A stretch of DNA of 63,815 nt, counting the filler, from Octopus bimaculoides (taxonomy: Eukaryota): assembly GCF_001194135.2 (NCBI RefSeq). It is 8 parts of 7 records of this genome, joined end to end, with 100 filler letters (N's around TTAATTAATTAA, not from the genome) between each part and the next. Parts side by side here need not be neighbours in the genome. Positions count along the whole stretch, not along the records: positions 24,258 to 51,915 come from NC_068990.1; 7 more parts are not named here. The stretch is one strand, 5' to 3'. Under the pieces are notes generated by a model, which saw only the letters and a list, made by a program, of their open reading frames with translations, had not been told where the DNA came from and searched no databases. The stretch's first letter is position 1. Every line of letters starts with the position of its first letter. Both the position numbers and the translations under genes were made by a program. Shown here in pieces: positions 24,158-36,308 of the stretch.

Positions 24158-24259
24158 NNNNNNNNNNNNNNNNNNNNNNNNNNNNNNNNNNNNNNNNNNN
24201 NTTAATTAATTAANNNNNNNNNNNNNNNNNNNNNNNNNNNNNNNNNNNNNNNNNNNNAT

Positions 24260-24314
<55 letters not shown>

Positions 24315-24319
<5 letters not shown>

Positions 24320-24690
24320 GTTTTCTTTTATTCTTTTACTTATTTCATTTGATTGTGGCCAAGTTGAAGCACCACATTAAGGGGTTTTAGTCAAACAAAT
24401 TGGCCCCAGTTGTAAGCCTAGTACTTATTCTATCGAACTGCTAAGTTATGGGGATGTAAACACATCAACACCTGTTGCCAAGCTATGGTGGTGGGGGAGA
24501 AACACAGACACAAACACACAGATATATATACACAACAGGCTTCTTTCAGTTCCTGTCTACCAAACCCACTCACAAGGATTTGGTTGGCCCAAGGCTATAG
24601 TAGGTGATGCTTGCCCAAAGTGCCATGCAGTGGAACTGAACTCAGAACCATGTGCTTGGGAAGTAAGCTTCTTACCACATAGCCATGCCC
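24315..24690 (-). mobile_element. SINE family A
   Basis: Head, core and tail match the family consensus with CpG decay. Confidence 0.8.
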
Positions 24691-25074
24691 GTATATGCAT
24701 GTCTCTTCTATTTTTTAATTATTATAAATATTCCACCGAGGAGGGAGATGGTTGCCAACAAAGATACAAGGCTCCATCTTTGGGGTGTAGTTAACACAGA
24801 TAAATTCACATTTGGAACTTGAGAAAAGTCTTGCATATTTCTGCTGTTCCACTCACAGATTGCATCTGTATGTGAGTAATAAGCATGACAGAGTTCTTTC
24901 AGTTTCTGTGTACCAAATCCACTTTGGTCAGCCTGGGGCTATAGCAGAAGATATTTGCCCAAGATGTCTCACAGTGAGGCTTGGAACCACATTGTTGGGA
25001 AGCAAGCTTCTTACCACACAGTCACACCTACAAACACACACACACAGACATACACATATGCATCTGTTATCCCT

Positions 25075-25321
25075 TCCTTGTTTCAGCCACTATACTGTAG
25101 CCATGCAGTGGAATGACCTTTAAGAATTTTCAGTCAAAAAATCGATTCCAACACCTTTTTTTAAAAACTTGGCACTTATTCTATCAGTCTCTTTAGCTGA
25201 ACTGCAAAGTTACCAAATTTAAACAAACCAACGTCAGTTATCAAGTGGTGTAGTGGGGAAAAAAAACAAAGATATACACAGTTATGAAAGAAGTCTATTG
25301 TGTGTGTGTGTATTTGTGTGC

Positions 25322-25404
<83 letters not shown>

Positions 25405-25560
25405 ACAGACCTTTTCAGTTTCCATCTACCAAATCCACTCACAATGCTATGGTTGGCACGAGGCTACAGTAGAAGACACCAGCACAAGGTGCCATGCAAT
25501 GGGACTGAACCTGGAACTATATGGTTGGGAAGCAAACTTCTTGCCACACAAGCACAATCA
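25075..25560 (-). mobile_element. SINE family A with expanded internal (TA)n; a second head/core lies at about 24890-25030
   Basis: TTTCAGTTTCCATCTACCAAATCCACTCACAA core and GGGACTGAACC B-box. Confidence 0.75.
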
Positions 25561-25579
25561 TGCCAATATGGCTATATCA

Positions 25580-25644
<65 letters not shown>

Positions 25645-26579
25645 CGTGCGTGTGTGTACATGTGTATATGTATTGAGAGACAGATAGAGATAGACAACAG
25701 AATTAGATATACATAAATATGTATTAGCATGTACAAGAAATGAGTTGATTTATGGTAATGAGAATTGAGCAGTGAATACATAAAGATCAATAGAAAATGG
25801 TAAAACTGAATCAATATAATTTATTGCAGTGACTTTCAACCATTTCCAATATACAACACAAACTATGGTGCTAAAAGTCTGATTGAACACCATCAGCTTT
25901 TTTAAAAAGTTTTATTATATGAAAACAAGTACTTTAATACATGTTTTTATAACAGAGATAGATGCATGAATTGCACTTTGCCACTAAGGAATACAGATGT
26001 GCATTTTAAAAAATTACATGCAACTTGCACCTGAGTTTAGTTTTGACTGCACTCAAACTTTTGCACATAAACTACATAGATGACGCAGTGGAAGTGCAAA
26101 ACTTTTATAGCAATATGGGTGTAAATGTAGTACGCTGAGTGCATTCCAATCTCTGGATTAAAAATGCAATAACTAAAATTTTCATCATTGTGTTATTATT
26201 AACATTTTCTGCTCTAGAAGTGTGTATTATCATTTGCATCATATCATGTGTTCTAAGTAGAAATCAATGTGTGAGTTACATAATAATGTTGTGTATTTTT
26301 CTTGGTTGCAGCATAATCGGATGCAAGAAAAACTAGAGTACATTCTGCAATGACTGTCAGAAAGTTGTAATATAATAAGTGTTGTTTCTTCTTCTTCGTT
26401 TTTTTTTTGTTTTTTTTTTCAGGCAGCCATACCACTGCAATAAGAATCTCTATATCTCATTAGTTTTGGCTACTCATCAATTTCATGTGTATCTCTATCT
26501 TTAATGTTAATATTATGTTAATAGTTAATGCTTTTTCTCCTAAGTTTTCAGTGCCAAGCTTTCCTCTTGGCAAATTTAA

Positions 26580-26782
26580 CCCTTTTGGTACGACCCTAAT
26601 TCTATGATACAAACATTTTGTTTGTAAGCATCTAAATTGAAACCTTCCACCAAAATTTCATGCTAATTTATGCTCCAACACCAGATTAATAATGGCAAGG
26701 TATTTTACTTAATTCTTTACTATATTCAGAATTAATTGAAACAAAGGCAGTTTATTTCAATAGAAATATGATAACAAAAGAG
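26580..26782. mobile_element. piggyBac-type MITE with TTAA target-site duplication
   Basis: TTAA(26576-26579)|CCCTTTTGGTAC...GATAACAAAAGAG|TTAA(26783-26786); interior homologous to 5995-6165. Confidence 0.75.
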
Positions 26783-28889
26783 TTAAAGACCTTTCAGTGA
26801 CACATTTTTCTTACAGGTATCCATAGTCTGTTGCTGATCATATAATCTATATTTCCAAAGCTTCACACTTCTGGTTTCTGTTTTATATTAAGCCTTAAAT
26901 CTGGAACATTCATTCCATTCTTTTGAAAATAGCTGCAAAAATTCTCTCTCAACATCACAGATTTCTCTCCCCTTCAAAACATGACATCAATTATTTTCTT
27001 CCTCATTATCACGACATTACCCAATTTAAACATTTTACCATCAATTCCATTAATAAAATATTTTAATTTTATTTTTCATTGGCGATATTGTTTTTTAGAT
27101 CAAAATAAATCTCCATTCTGATCACAAAATCATTCCAACAACCCTCTCCAAGGTAAAATGTTGGAAACTTGTCATTCTCTATAACATAATCTGAACTTAT
27201 TTGTCCAGATATTTTTTTCAACTAGTGTAATATCACAATTTTGTAATTTTCAAACGATCTCACAAAAACACATTAAAAAAAATCTAAGTTCTTTGTTAGT
27301 AATTTTTCCTCCTTTCTTTTTTTTTTTTTTTTTTTTTTTTCCAAAAGCATCTTAATCACTGTTTAAAAAAATTTTTTTTTTTCAAAATATCTGTAGTGCC
27401 AAGTTTTTGTTAAAAAAAATCTTCACTGTCTATTTCTGTTGAAACTTCATCATAGCTACAAATGATTTTAAAAACTTCATTTGATTGAAATACAGAATGC
27501 ACAAAAAAAAAATGTAAAGCTAAAAAAAATAATGCAGCATACAAATGAAATCTCTCCCAATGATTTGAAAGCACAATTATAGCGAATGCTTTTACACTAA
27601 GTATAAAGCTGGTAAGAAAGTTTACTTAAATATTATATATTTAAATGAACAATGAAGATGCCTTAATATAGCTTGCAGCAAAAGGTAGGAGGGTGACTTG
27701 TAAGTGTCGATATCTCATGTTTGAGGTCTGATGGCTAGCAAGCATATATTTCAAGTTCGCTTCTAGTGTTTGAAGCTACAACCAACACTTGTTCTCCATT
27801 CTAATCCTAATTCACCCTAATTCGCAATGTTATTCAATTGAGAAAGGGAGAACTAATTTCAGAGCTTTCATTGTAATAGTAGAATGTAGTCTGTTGGGAA
27901 GTTAACTCTAATGAAACTATGGCTGTTGATGTGTATTTCAGCTTCAGTCCTCTGTCTTTCTAACTTTTGTAATTTTCCTAAGAAACAGTTAAAATTGCTT
28001 GACTCATACATATTTAACACATATAGATCTTTCACCCAATCCATGGAATGTATATCGAGTGATGTTAAATATATTTTAATATTTTTACTTTGCAGAGACA
28101 AACTTGAGAGAATTAATTCATCAAAACTTTTATCTAATTTGTGAAAATTTTGTCAGTTCAAGCATTTCAGCTTTGTTCTCTTTCTATTTTAGCTCAGCAC
28201 AATAATACTTTTTTTACCTTAAATGAGTTCACTTTATGAATAGAATGTAAGAATATTTTCATTCTTGCCCAAAATATTCTTGTTAAGTGTATTCAGTACT
28301 TAGAATGTAACTTTATTTCACCATGTCTCATCACTAACAAAGTCAGATTGTTCATACATCTTTAATTATCAAAAAAAAAAAAAAAAAAAAAAAATTTCTT
28401 CTCTCACTTTATTAAATCAAAAAAACATCCCTCAAGATATCCAGCTCACTTCTATTTGTGAAACAATGAAAAAAATGAGTCAATAGCTTCCATTCAAGGA
28501 CAAAATATAGAACAAAAACATGATTTCAATAGTGAACCGTTGTGTTTATTAACCATTTCTAACAGTCTCATTCAGTATTTTTTAATTCAGAGTTTAATGA
28601 TTTTTGAAGGAGAGCTACTTATGGAGAAAACAGTGTATAACAGTGTATTGCAAGATTCTTCTGATTCACAAATGCTGATCTTCTCAGTCTTCTTGTTCTA
28701 CAGATGAACCATTTGTGCCAGAGAGTGAAGTTTGCTCTCCATAACAAAGCATGGGAAAAGATATAACTACTGACAATATAAAAAATATACTTGCTTTTTT
28801 TTGCTATTTCTGAGAGTGGCTTACTTTATAAAATAAAACTTATTCTATGTTTCTATCACAGACATTGTCATCATATTCATCATCATTTA

Positions 28890-29260
28890 ATATATCACCG
28901 TCATCATTTAATGACCACTTTTCTACACTTCTATGGACCATAATAGAATTTGTTGAGGCAGATTTTCTATGGCCCTCCCTGTTACTGACCCTCACCTGCT
29001 TCCAACCAGGTTTTTCAAGGAAGACTTGAAACAAACAACACTGCATGTATGATGGTGATGCTCATTTACAATCATTAAGTGATATCAAGTCAAGAGTACA
29101 TACAAACACGCACACACACATACAATAGGTTTTCTTTCAGTTTCTGTCTACCAAATCCATTTACAATGCTTTGATTGACCAAGGGCCATTGTAGAAAACT
29201 GCAGTGGGACCAAACCTGAGACTGCATATTTGAGAACCAAGCTTCTTCACTATACAAACT
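28890..29260 (-). mobile_element. SINE family E (family A head and core, RTE-like tail)
   Basis: A-type core at 29125-29250 followed on the - strand by a tail ending AAAAGTGGTCATTAAATGATG. Confidence 0.65.
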
Positions 29261-29474
29261 TACTGAATTCTAGGAGCTGAGTTTTTCCAGTTATGTACAA
29301 CTAAACAGCAAATTAAATTTAGATTCTTTAAGTTTAGTTATCAACTAGGTTCTCAATGGTTGGAAACATAATTTTAATGTATCAACTTATTAGGTATCTG
29401 AAGTAGGATTGCTTAATATTATTTTGTTATATTTCTTCCCAAACAGAATATTTATTATTGTTATATCAAGCTGA

Positions 29475-29635
29475 TAGGTGCTAGTGTGGCTGCCTGTTAA
29501 GAAACTTGTTTCCCAACTTTGTGGTCTTGAGTTTAGTCACACTGCTTTGTCTTCTACTAAAGCCCCAAGCAAACTGGAGACTTGTAAGTGGACCTGGTTG
29601 TTAGAAACTGAAAGAAGCCTGTCATATGTTTATGC

Positions 29636-29666
<31 letters not shown>

Positions 29667-29880
29667 TACTCTTATTACAACATTACATGATGGTCATAAG
29701 TAAGCGCCATCATACAGATAATGTTTGTCTCCAGTTTGCCATGAAAAACATGCATGGCCATGGGGGATATTATCTTGCTTGGAAACTGGTGAGGACTAGC
29801 AATGGGAAGATCTACCTCTACAAATTGCACCAAAAACATGTCAGCATGGAAAAGTGGATGTTAAAAAATGATAATGATGG
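29475..29880 (+). mobile_element. SINE family E, inverted relative to 28890-29260
   Basis: GTGTGGCTG head, GAAACTGAAAGAAGCC core, (TG)n, then a tail ending GCATGGAAAAGTGGATGTTAAAAAATGATAATGATG. Confidence 0.7.
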
Positions 29881-29912
29881 TAAAATTACTGACTTGGCAA
29901 TTGAGTGAGATT

Positions 29913-30212
29913 TTATCTTTTTGCCATAATTTCTGCAACAACATAGCTTGCTTCTTGAGTTTTGTCCAAATTAGTTGCAGAGTTGATAAGGTGCCTAGTT
30001 CGGTGTGTTTGATCAGTCATAAACCTTCTAAAATATTCAACAGGTTTCTTACTTAAATATGGATGTTTTGTACAAAGGTGTTTTTTCAGCTTCCTTAGCA
30101 CCATCACCAGGTTTGCCAATATCTCACCACAACAACACACATATATGTTTTCCACTTCTGCCAATGAAATAAATTTGAAGGACAAATAGGTTTTCTTATA
30201 CTGACACCACAC
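29913..30212 (-). mobile_element. hAT Buster/Charlie (ZBED5-like) transposase, N-terminal remnant
   Basis: CCCGEILAN..M..RKLKKHLCTKHP.LSKKPVEYFRR and QEASYVVAEIMAK match the BED finger and downstream motif of Buster-type transposases. Confidence 0.85.
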
Positions 30213-30464
30213 TTTTATGAAACTAACACCAACATTACCATGTGTGATGTTATCAGATCTTATACCATTTACACTTGATTAATTGTCATCATCAAAATTG
30301 ATTTTTTTTTTTAAACTTGAAATCTGTCCAACCCTGAGGTACTTGATGGTAAATGATGATGATGATTAACGAAAACCCAGATAAAAAAAATAGATAAAAA
30401 CCAACATACAAGTATGCATCTTATGTATCCAGATGATAGAAAAATTAAAAAGAATGTTCTAACA

Positions 30465-30906
30465 TTACAAAACTTCAGTGTACACAATGCTGGCGAAGTT
30501 TTTTTCAACACTGTCACCATATCTGCATTACCTCCTGTAATTCTTGACAGAAGTACGACAGAACATAATACAATTCTCTATACACAGATAAATCAGTTGG
30601 AAAGAAGAACAGATCTATTTTACTCCAAAATTGATTGTGAGATTTCTTCACTGTCACTGTGAAAGCCACTCAAACTGGAAACATACTGCAAACCCATAAC
30701 AGTGAATGGCAGAGTGGTGTCAGAAGGTCTCAGAGTAATTCTTGGCACAATGACATGTTTTCAATAATGTTCAGCTTTTGTAACAATGTCGCCTTCAAAC
30801 ACACAGTCATATATATATAGGTTATTGGAATTCTTGTTCCATTGCAAAGCCCATTAACCTTATTTAAATTTCACAATAACTTTACAACATATCCCCTTTT
30901 CAATTG
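30465..30906 (-). mobile_element. Helitron RepHel helicase C-terminal remnant (absent from the ORF track)
   Basis: Manual translation across frameshifts: QLKRGYVVKLL*NLNKVNGLCNGTRI, HVIVPRITLRPSDTTLPFT, FPV*VAFTVTVKKSH.Q, ELYYVLS, SIVYTEVL*. Confidence 0.85.
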
Positions 30907-31438
30907 CTTTCTTTCATTTACATTAGGATTTTCAGATTGCTAACTCTTCACTTTTTCTCCATTTTCCTGTCTTCCCTCTGTTGCCATACATCTTTTTTCT
31001 TTTGGTGAATAGTTGTGAATATTACCTTTATCTGTCTCTCTTCTGTATTTTTTCTTTCCAGTGGTCTTTCTTTACCCATAACATATTCGTATATAAAGGC
31101 AAAAGTTACTGGAATTCACTACAATGTTTAATAATGCTTAAGTATATCTGTTAATAGTCTATTGTAGGTTTAAATTTTAATTGTCTACCCTATCTACTGT
31201 GATACAGACGTAAGGAGACTGATGAAAAAATTTCTTAGCCAAAGATGTTTAATGACAAGAAAAATGATATTTAAAGATAAGAAAATTATGTACACAAAGA
31301 ATGGTTTCTGTAGTGATAGAATATTTCTTGTATTTTTTATGGGTTTAGGAAAACAAATAAAAATATAAGTATTTGTCATATAGTTTTAACTAAATAAGAG
31401 ATATAATGCTTTTACCATAACATTTCTATAAACAAAAA

Positions 31439-31476
<38 letters not shown>

Positions 31477-31536
31477 GCACACACACATGTGCGCACACAC
31501 ACAATGAAGAGTGAATAAAATTAAACGAGAAAAATA

Positions 31537-31745
31537 ATACTTTCTACTATAGACACAAGGCCTGAAATTTCGTGGAGAGGGGACTAGTTGATTACATCAA
31601 CCCCAGTGCTCAACTGGTACTTATTTCATCAAGCCCAAAAGGATGCAAAGCAAAGTTGACCTCAGCAGAATTTGAATCCAGAATGTAAAGCTTGCTAAGC
31701 ATTTTAGCCGTTGTGATAAAAATTTTGCCAGCTTGTTGCCTTAAT
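31537..31745 (-). mobile_element. SINE family B
   Basis: Reverse complement of the 34130-34350 type. Confidence 0.8.
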
Positions 31746-31856
31746 GAGAGAAATAATTAAAGTAAATTCTAACAAAGGAAGTCTCGAAGTAAATCATTTC
31801 TCTACACCACAACACTTACTTCGTTGTGAAAGAAGGCTAAAGCCGAAGTAAACACA

Positions 31857-32078
31857 CACATTATTTACATTTGACAGATATTTGTCCTCATTTTGTTTGT
31901 TGTTAACACAACATTTTGGCTGATACACCCTCCAGCCTTCATAAGGTGTCTTGGGGAAATTTCGAACCTGAGTTCTCATTCTTAAGGTATTTTTTGATGT
32001 TGTTGTTATTATTATTATTATTATTATTCAGGTTACTGCTTGGAATCGAACTCAGAACCTTGAGGTTAGTAGCCCGCG
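31857..32078 (-). mobile_element. tRNA-headed SINE with hammerhead-bearing tail, copy 1 (A box missing)
   Basis: GCGGGCTACTAACC anticodon-arm-like segment, GAGTTCGATTCC B box, (AAT)n, then a tail homologous to 32180-32330. Confidence 0.8.
31905..31950 (-). ncRNA. Minimal type I hammerhead ribozyme motif, decayed, second copy
   Basis: GACAC-CTTATGA-A-GGCTG-GAGGGTGTAT-CAGCC-AAAAT-GTT-GTGTT; mismatches to the core complement those of the + copy. Confidence 0.55.
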
Positions 32079-32084
32079 GGGCAT

Positions 32085-32340
32085 ATGGCTCACAGGAATA
32101 TGGCGTAGTGGTTAAAAGCACAGGCTACTAACCCCAAGATTCCAAGCTGTGACCTGAATAATAATAGCAATAATAATAATAACATCAAAATATTCCTTAG
32201 GAATGAGAACCCAGGTTCAAAATTTCCCCAAGACACCTGATGAAGGCTGGAGGGTACATCAGCTGAAACATTGCGTTAACAACAAAGATGAGGACAAATG
32301 TCCATCAAATGTAATTAACGTAAATAATGTACATAATTCC
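32085..32340 (+). mobile_element. tRNA-headed SINE with hammerhead-bearing tail, copy 2 (B box deleted)
   Basis: TGGCGTAGTGG A box, GGCTACTAACC, B box lost between GATTCC microhomologies, (AAT)n, same tail as copy 1. Confidence 0.8.
32232..32277 (+). ncRNA. Minimal type I hammerhead ribozyme motif, decayed
   Basis: GACAC-CTGATGA-A-GGCTG-GAGGGTACAT-CAGCT-GAAAC-ATT-GCGTT: CUGAUGA and GAAA cores, stem II, stem I (ACAC/GTGT in the consensus). Confidence 0.65.
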
Positions 32341-33569
32341 TCATCTCTTAAATGTAGAACTGTAAACGCATACAAACAGAAACATGCACACAGCTTGTTA
32401 TACTAATTAATATAGATATGTTATAAACAATTCACTAATACCATCATCATCTTCATTATCATAATCTCCATATTGGCATGGACTCTAGGATTTGATAATC
32501 TGGTAAGCCACAGGGGTGCACTGAGCTCCAGTGCTAGATTTGACATGATTTCTATGACTGGATGCCATTCCTAATGTCAACCCTTTAACAATATATTGGG
32601 TGCTTTTTTTTGTGCCACCTGCACCAATGAGGTTGTCAAGTAACTTGCAAGATAGAAAATGTATAAGGAAAATAATATATACAACTAAGTGAAGGAGTGT
32701 CTGAGAGTGGGGAGGTGACATTATGAGGACTGACATGGGGAGACCTGCAACCATTTATGGCACCAACAAAATGGAAATATATCCAAAATCATTGCTTCAA
32801 CATTCATCTCCCTGCTGACAAACATATAGCTCATGATCCTGGAGCTCTTAACGGGGACTGGCAGCCAAACTTATCTAAGCCCAGAACTCTCAACAGCCAT
32901 ATCCCTTATATTTCAGTGTAACTAATACGCTATTAACTACCTAATTACAATATCTCTTCTGGGAAATACCAATGACAATGTAAACAGCCGAGCTTACTCA
33001 AGAAGGGTTCTGTGATTGAGAAAGTTTCATCATCTTACTTGATGGTTCAAAACAACAGCAATGAAAAAGGCTTCAACTAATGATAAGTTAACCACTCTGC
33101 AACTTAGGTCCTCAATCCTTGCACTTCATTCGTTCCATTATTTAAGTTTCCAGACCATTTAATTCCACTCCTTCATGTCATTCTATATGAATATTCAAGA
33201 TAAGACAACAATAACAATGCGACAATCTGAATAAATATATCTTCAGATGGTGACAATAATTTTACTCTTTGATTTATGTTGATTCTGAATTAGATTTCAT
33301 CGTATTATTGATAGTATCTTTCTTTTTCTCCACATTGCTACTTGATCTCTTCATCATTTGCATCATCATCGTCGTCGTTTAATGTCCACCTTCTGTGCTA
33401 GCATGGATGGGACTATAATATCATCTTATATGACACAACACTTCCTGTCAGTGGTGCCAATAAGTTTGTTACTTTAATATCTTGTCGATGGTTAGCAGTA
33501 CTCCTGCATAGCCATCGCTTACAAACAGGATCAGTAAAAGATTAATAAAAAAAATTTAACCACTATATC

Positions 33570-34000
33570 TTTTACTTGTTTCAATCATTAGACTACAGCC
33601 ATGCTGGGGCATTGCTTTGAAGCATTTTAGTTGATCAAACCGACTCTAGAAGTGTTTTGTTATTTTGTTTAAATCTGGTACTTATTCTATCAGTCTCTTT
33701 TGCCAACTCATTAAATTGCCAACTTGACAAATTGGTTGTCAGGTGGTGGTTAAATGACAAAGACACACGCACACATAGACACACACACACACAGGCGCAC
33801 ACATATAGACACATACACACAAGCTCACACATACACATGCATGATGGGCTTTCACACAGTTTCCATCTACCAAATTCACTCACAAGCATTGTTTAACCCA
33901 GGACTATAATAGAAGACATTTGCCCATGGTGTAATGTAGTGGAATTAAGCTTGAAAATTCGATTGCAAAGTGAGCTTCTTAACCACTCAGCAATACAAAC
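33570..34000 (-). mobile_element. SINE family A
   Basis: Tail, core and head visible in reverse orientation. Confidence 0.8.
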
Positions 34001-34129
34001 ATGCCTGCACATAATGATATCGTTATAAATTCATTTCAATAAAGTACAATCAAGAAAGATGTTTTTCAAATTTATGGTGGTATAAAAAAGTTCTGATATC
34101 TAACTGTGGAGGGAATTTGTGGAAGAGGC

Positions 34130-34350
34130 AGACTAAGGAAAACATGTAGGCAGAATCGTTAGCACGGCAGGCAAAATACTTAGTGGTATTTCGTCTGCCA
34201 CTACGTACTGAGTTCAAACTCTGCCGAGGTCAACTTTGCCTTTCATCCTTTCGGGGTCGATAAATTAAGTACCAGTTGTGTACTGGGGTGGATTTAATCG
34301 ACTGGCCCCTTCCCCATAAAATTTCAGGCCTTGTGCCTATAATAGAAAGG
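34130..34350 (+). mobile_element. SINE family B, best copy; central domain resembles Deu/Nin-type SINE cores
   Basis: GAGTTCAAA B box, GCCTTTCATCCTTTCGGGGTCGATAAATTAAGTACCAG core, tail AATTTCAGGCCTTGTGCCTATAATAGAAAGG; at least five other copies in the window. Confidence 0.85.
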
Positions 34351-34354
34351 TGGT

Positions 34355-34690
34355 GAAATATGCTCACTGGATGCTGAGTCCCACAGAGGTGATGACAAGT
34401 GACTGAGACATTTGGGGATTTGCTGTGCTTGAGAAGACATATCAAGCTAAGTAAAATAGTAGTCGTAGCCACTGCTGCTGACAAATAAAAGGCATCCATT
34501 CCAGTGATGCATAAAAGACCCCAGTATACTCTATGAAGTGGTTGGCATTAGGAAAGGCATCCAGTCATAGAAACCAAGCCAAAACAGACTGGAACTTGGT
34601 GCAGCTCTCCAGTTTACCAGTTCCAGTTAAACTGTCTAACCCATGTCAGCATGGAAAATGGAAGCTAAATGATGATGATGATGATGGTGA
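34355..34690 (+). mobile_element. RTE 3' end or RTE-tailed SINE fragment
   Basis: GTGGTTGGCATTAGGAAAGGCATCCAG...CCCATGTCAGCATGGAAAATGGAAGCTAAATGATGATG matches the 10795-10960 RTE 3' UTR. Similar - strand pieces at about 32450-32750 and 36400-36600. Confidence 0.7.
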
Positions 34691-35740
34691 TGGTACGTTA
34701 TCTCTCTAAAAAATGGTGACATCTAAAAGAAGTAAAGCTCTGTTTCTCTCTTCTATAAAAATAAGTCTCTTTACCATATCAAAGTATTATTTTCCCAATA
34801 TCAATGTGGAAATGGTGAAAAAAAAAAAAAAATGCAGGAGAGTATATAGCTATAGTAACCTACCTAAGCTACAATAAACTGAAAATAGATGACTCTAAAA
34901 AATGGTAACTAGGTGGTTAGTGAAAAACTAGTACGCTGTGAAAAGACATGCAACAACAACATGTGTTCACTAAGCTGTGAACCCATCCTTTCAATATAAA
35001 AGCAAGTATTTTTAAAACTCATTAATGAATTAGGAAAAAAAAAAAATACTGATAATGCTGAAATATGGAGCAATGGTAGTAATAAGCTAATGATATGAAA
35101 ATCCCATTAGTTTCACTGCACTAATAGATCATCAAACATACTGCAAAATTATCCAATCAAATATTGAATCCGAGTTGAGACAATTTAAAAGCAGCATTAA
35201 TTTTCATTTTACCGAGATAAATCAAATCAGTTTAGCTGTTCAATAGCTGATGAAGTAAAGACAGTGATTTAAAGAATTTTTGCCGAATTATTTCATCAGA
35301 GAGTAATGCAAGCAACAAATTAAGGTTATTCACACAAACTAATCTGGTGCCGAAAGATAAGCAAGTTCATTAAGAGTTGTAAAATTGTGAAGACTTGGTT
35401 TTAGTTTTGTTTAATTCAAATTTATACAGCAACTTGCGTTTGTTTGTTTTTTTTACATAAACATAATCAAATTCGTGCATATGTTTTTATACAAGAACAT
35501 ACATCAAAACCCTTTAAGAAAGTCAAGTTTGTAACAAGCATCTGCAAATCTGAGAAACATAAAACCTCTTTAATATCAATTGATTAACAATACAATGTAT
35601 TGTCAGCCTGTGTTTCTGCCGAGATGAAGGAAGAGGAAGATATTAGATTTATAAATCTCAACCTATATGTTTATCATATAGCTTAAACTAACAGGGATAT
35701 TTTCTAGTCAGGATAAACTAAAGAGAAAAACAAACATTTT

Positions 35741-35779
<39 letters not shown>

Positions 35780-35829
35780 AAATATATAAGTGTAGTGTAG
35801 ATGTCTATATATCTTCATTATGTTAGCAG

Positions 35830-36205
35830 CAATAGATGTGTGGTAAGAAGTTTGTTATTCTGGGTTCCATCCCACTGCATGACACTTTGGACAAGTGTCT
35901 TCCATAGCCCTGGACTGGCCAAAGCCTTGTGAGTGGATTTGGTTGATGGAAACTGAAAGAAACCCATTGTAGATGTATGTGTGTGTGTGCACGCACAAGC
36001 GTGTGTCTGCATTTATTCCCCCACCACCACTTGACAACCAGTGTTTGCGTGTTTACATCCAAATAACTAAGCAGTTTGACAACAGAGAACGGTAGGACAA
36101 ATAATAGGCTTTAAAAAGATAAGTCCTAGGATTGATTTATTCAACTAAAACCCTTCAAGATGGTACACCAGCATGGCTGGAGTCAAATGACTGAAACAAG
36201 TAAAA
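35830..36205 (+). mobile_element. SINE family A
   Basis: Full head, core and tail ending GACTGAAACAAGTAAAAGA. Confidence 0.82.
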
Positions 36206-36245
36206 GATCATATATATATATATATATAATCTTTTCTGTATATAT

Positions 36246-36308
<63 letters not shown>

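Noticed and set aside
26139-26336. Hydrophobic 65-aa ORF as a possible GPCR TM exon
   Set aside because: In-frame stop just upstream, no usable acceptor in phase and no aGPCR motif.
26805-26850. Good acceptor TTTTTCTTACAG followed by GT ATC (would give WG-I)
   Set aside because: Stop after nine codons and no proline of the WG.P motif.
32101-32156. Possible tRNA gene
   Set aside because: B box and T arm deleted, no acceptor-stem closure, and it continues into a SINE body.
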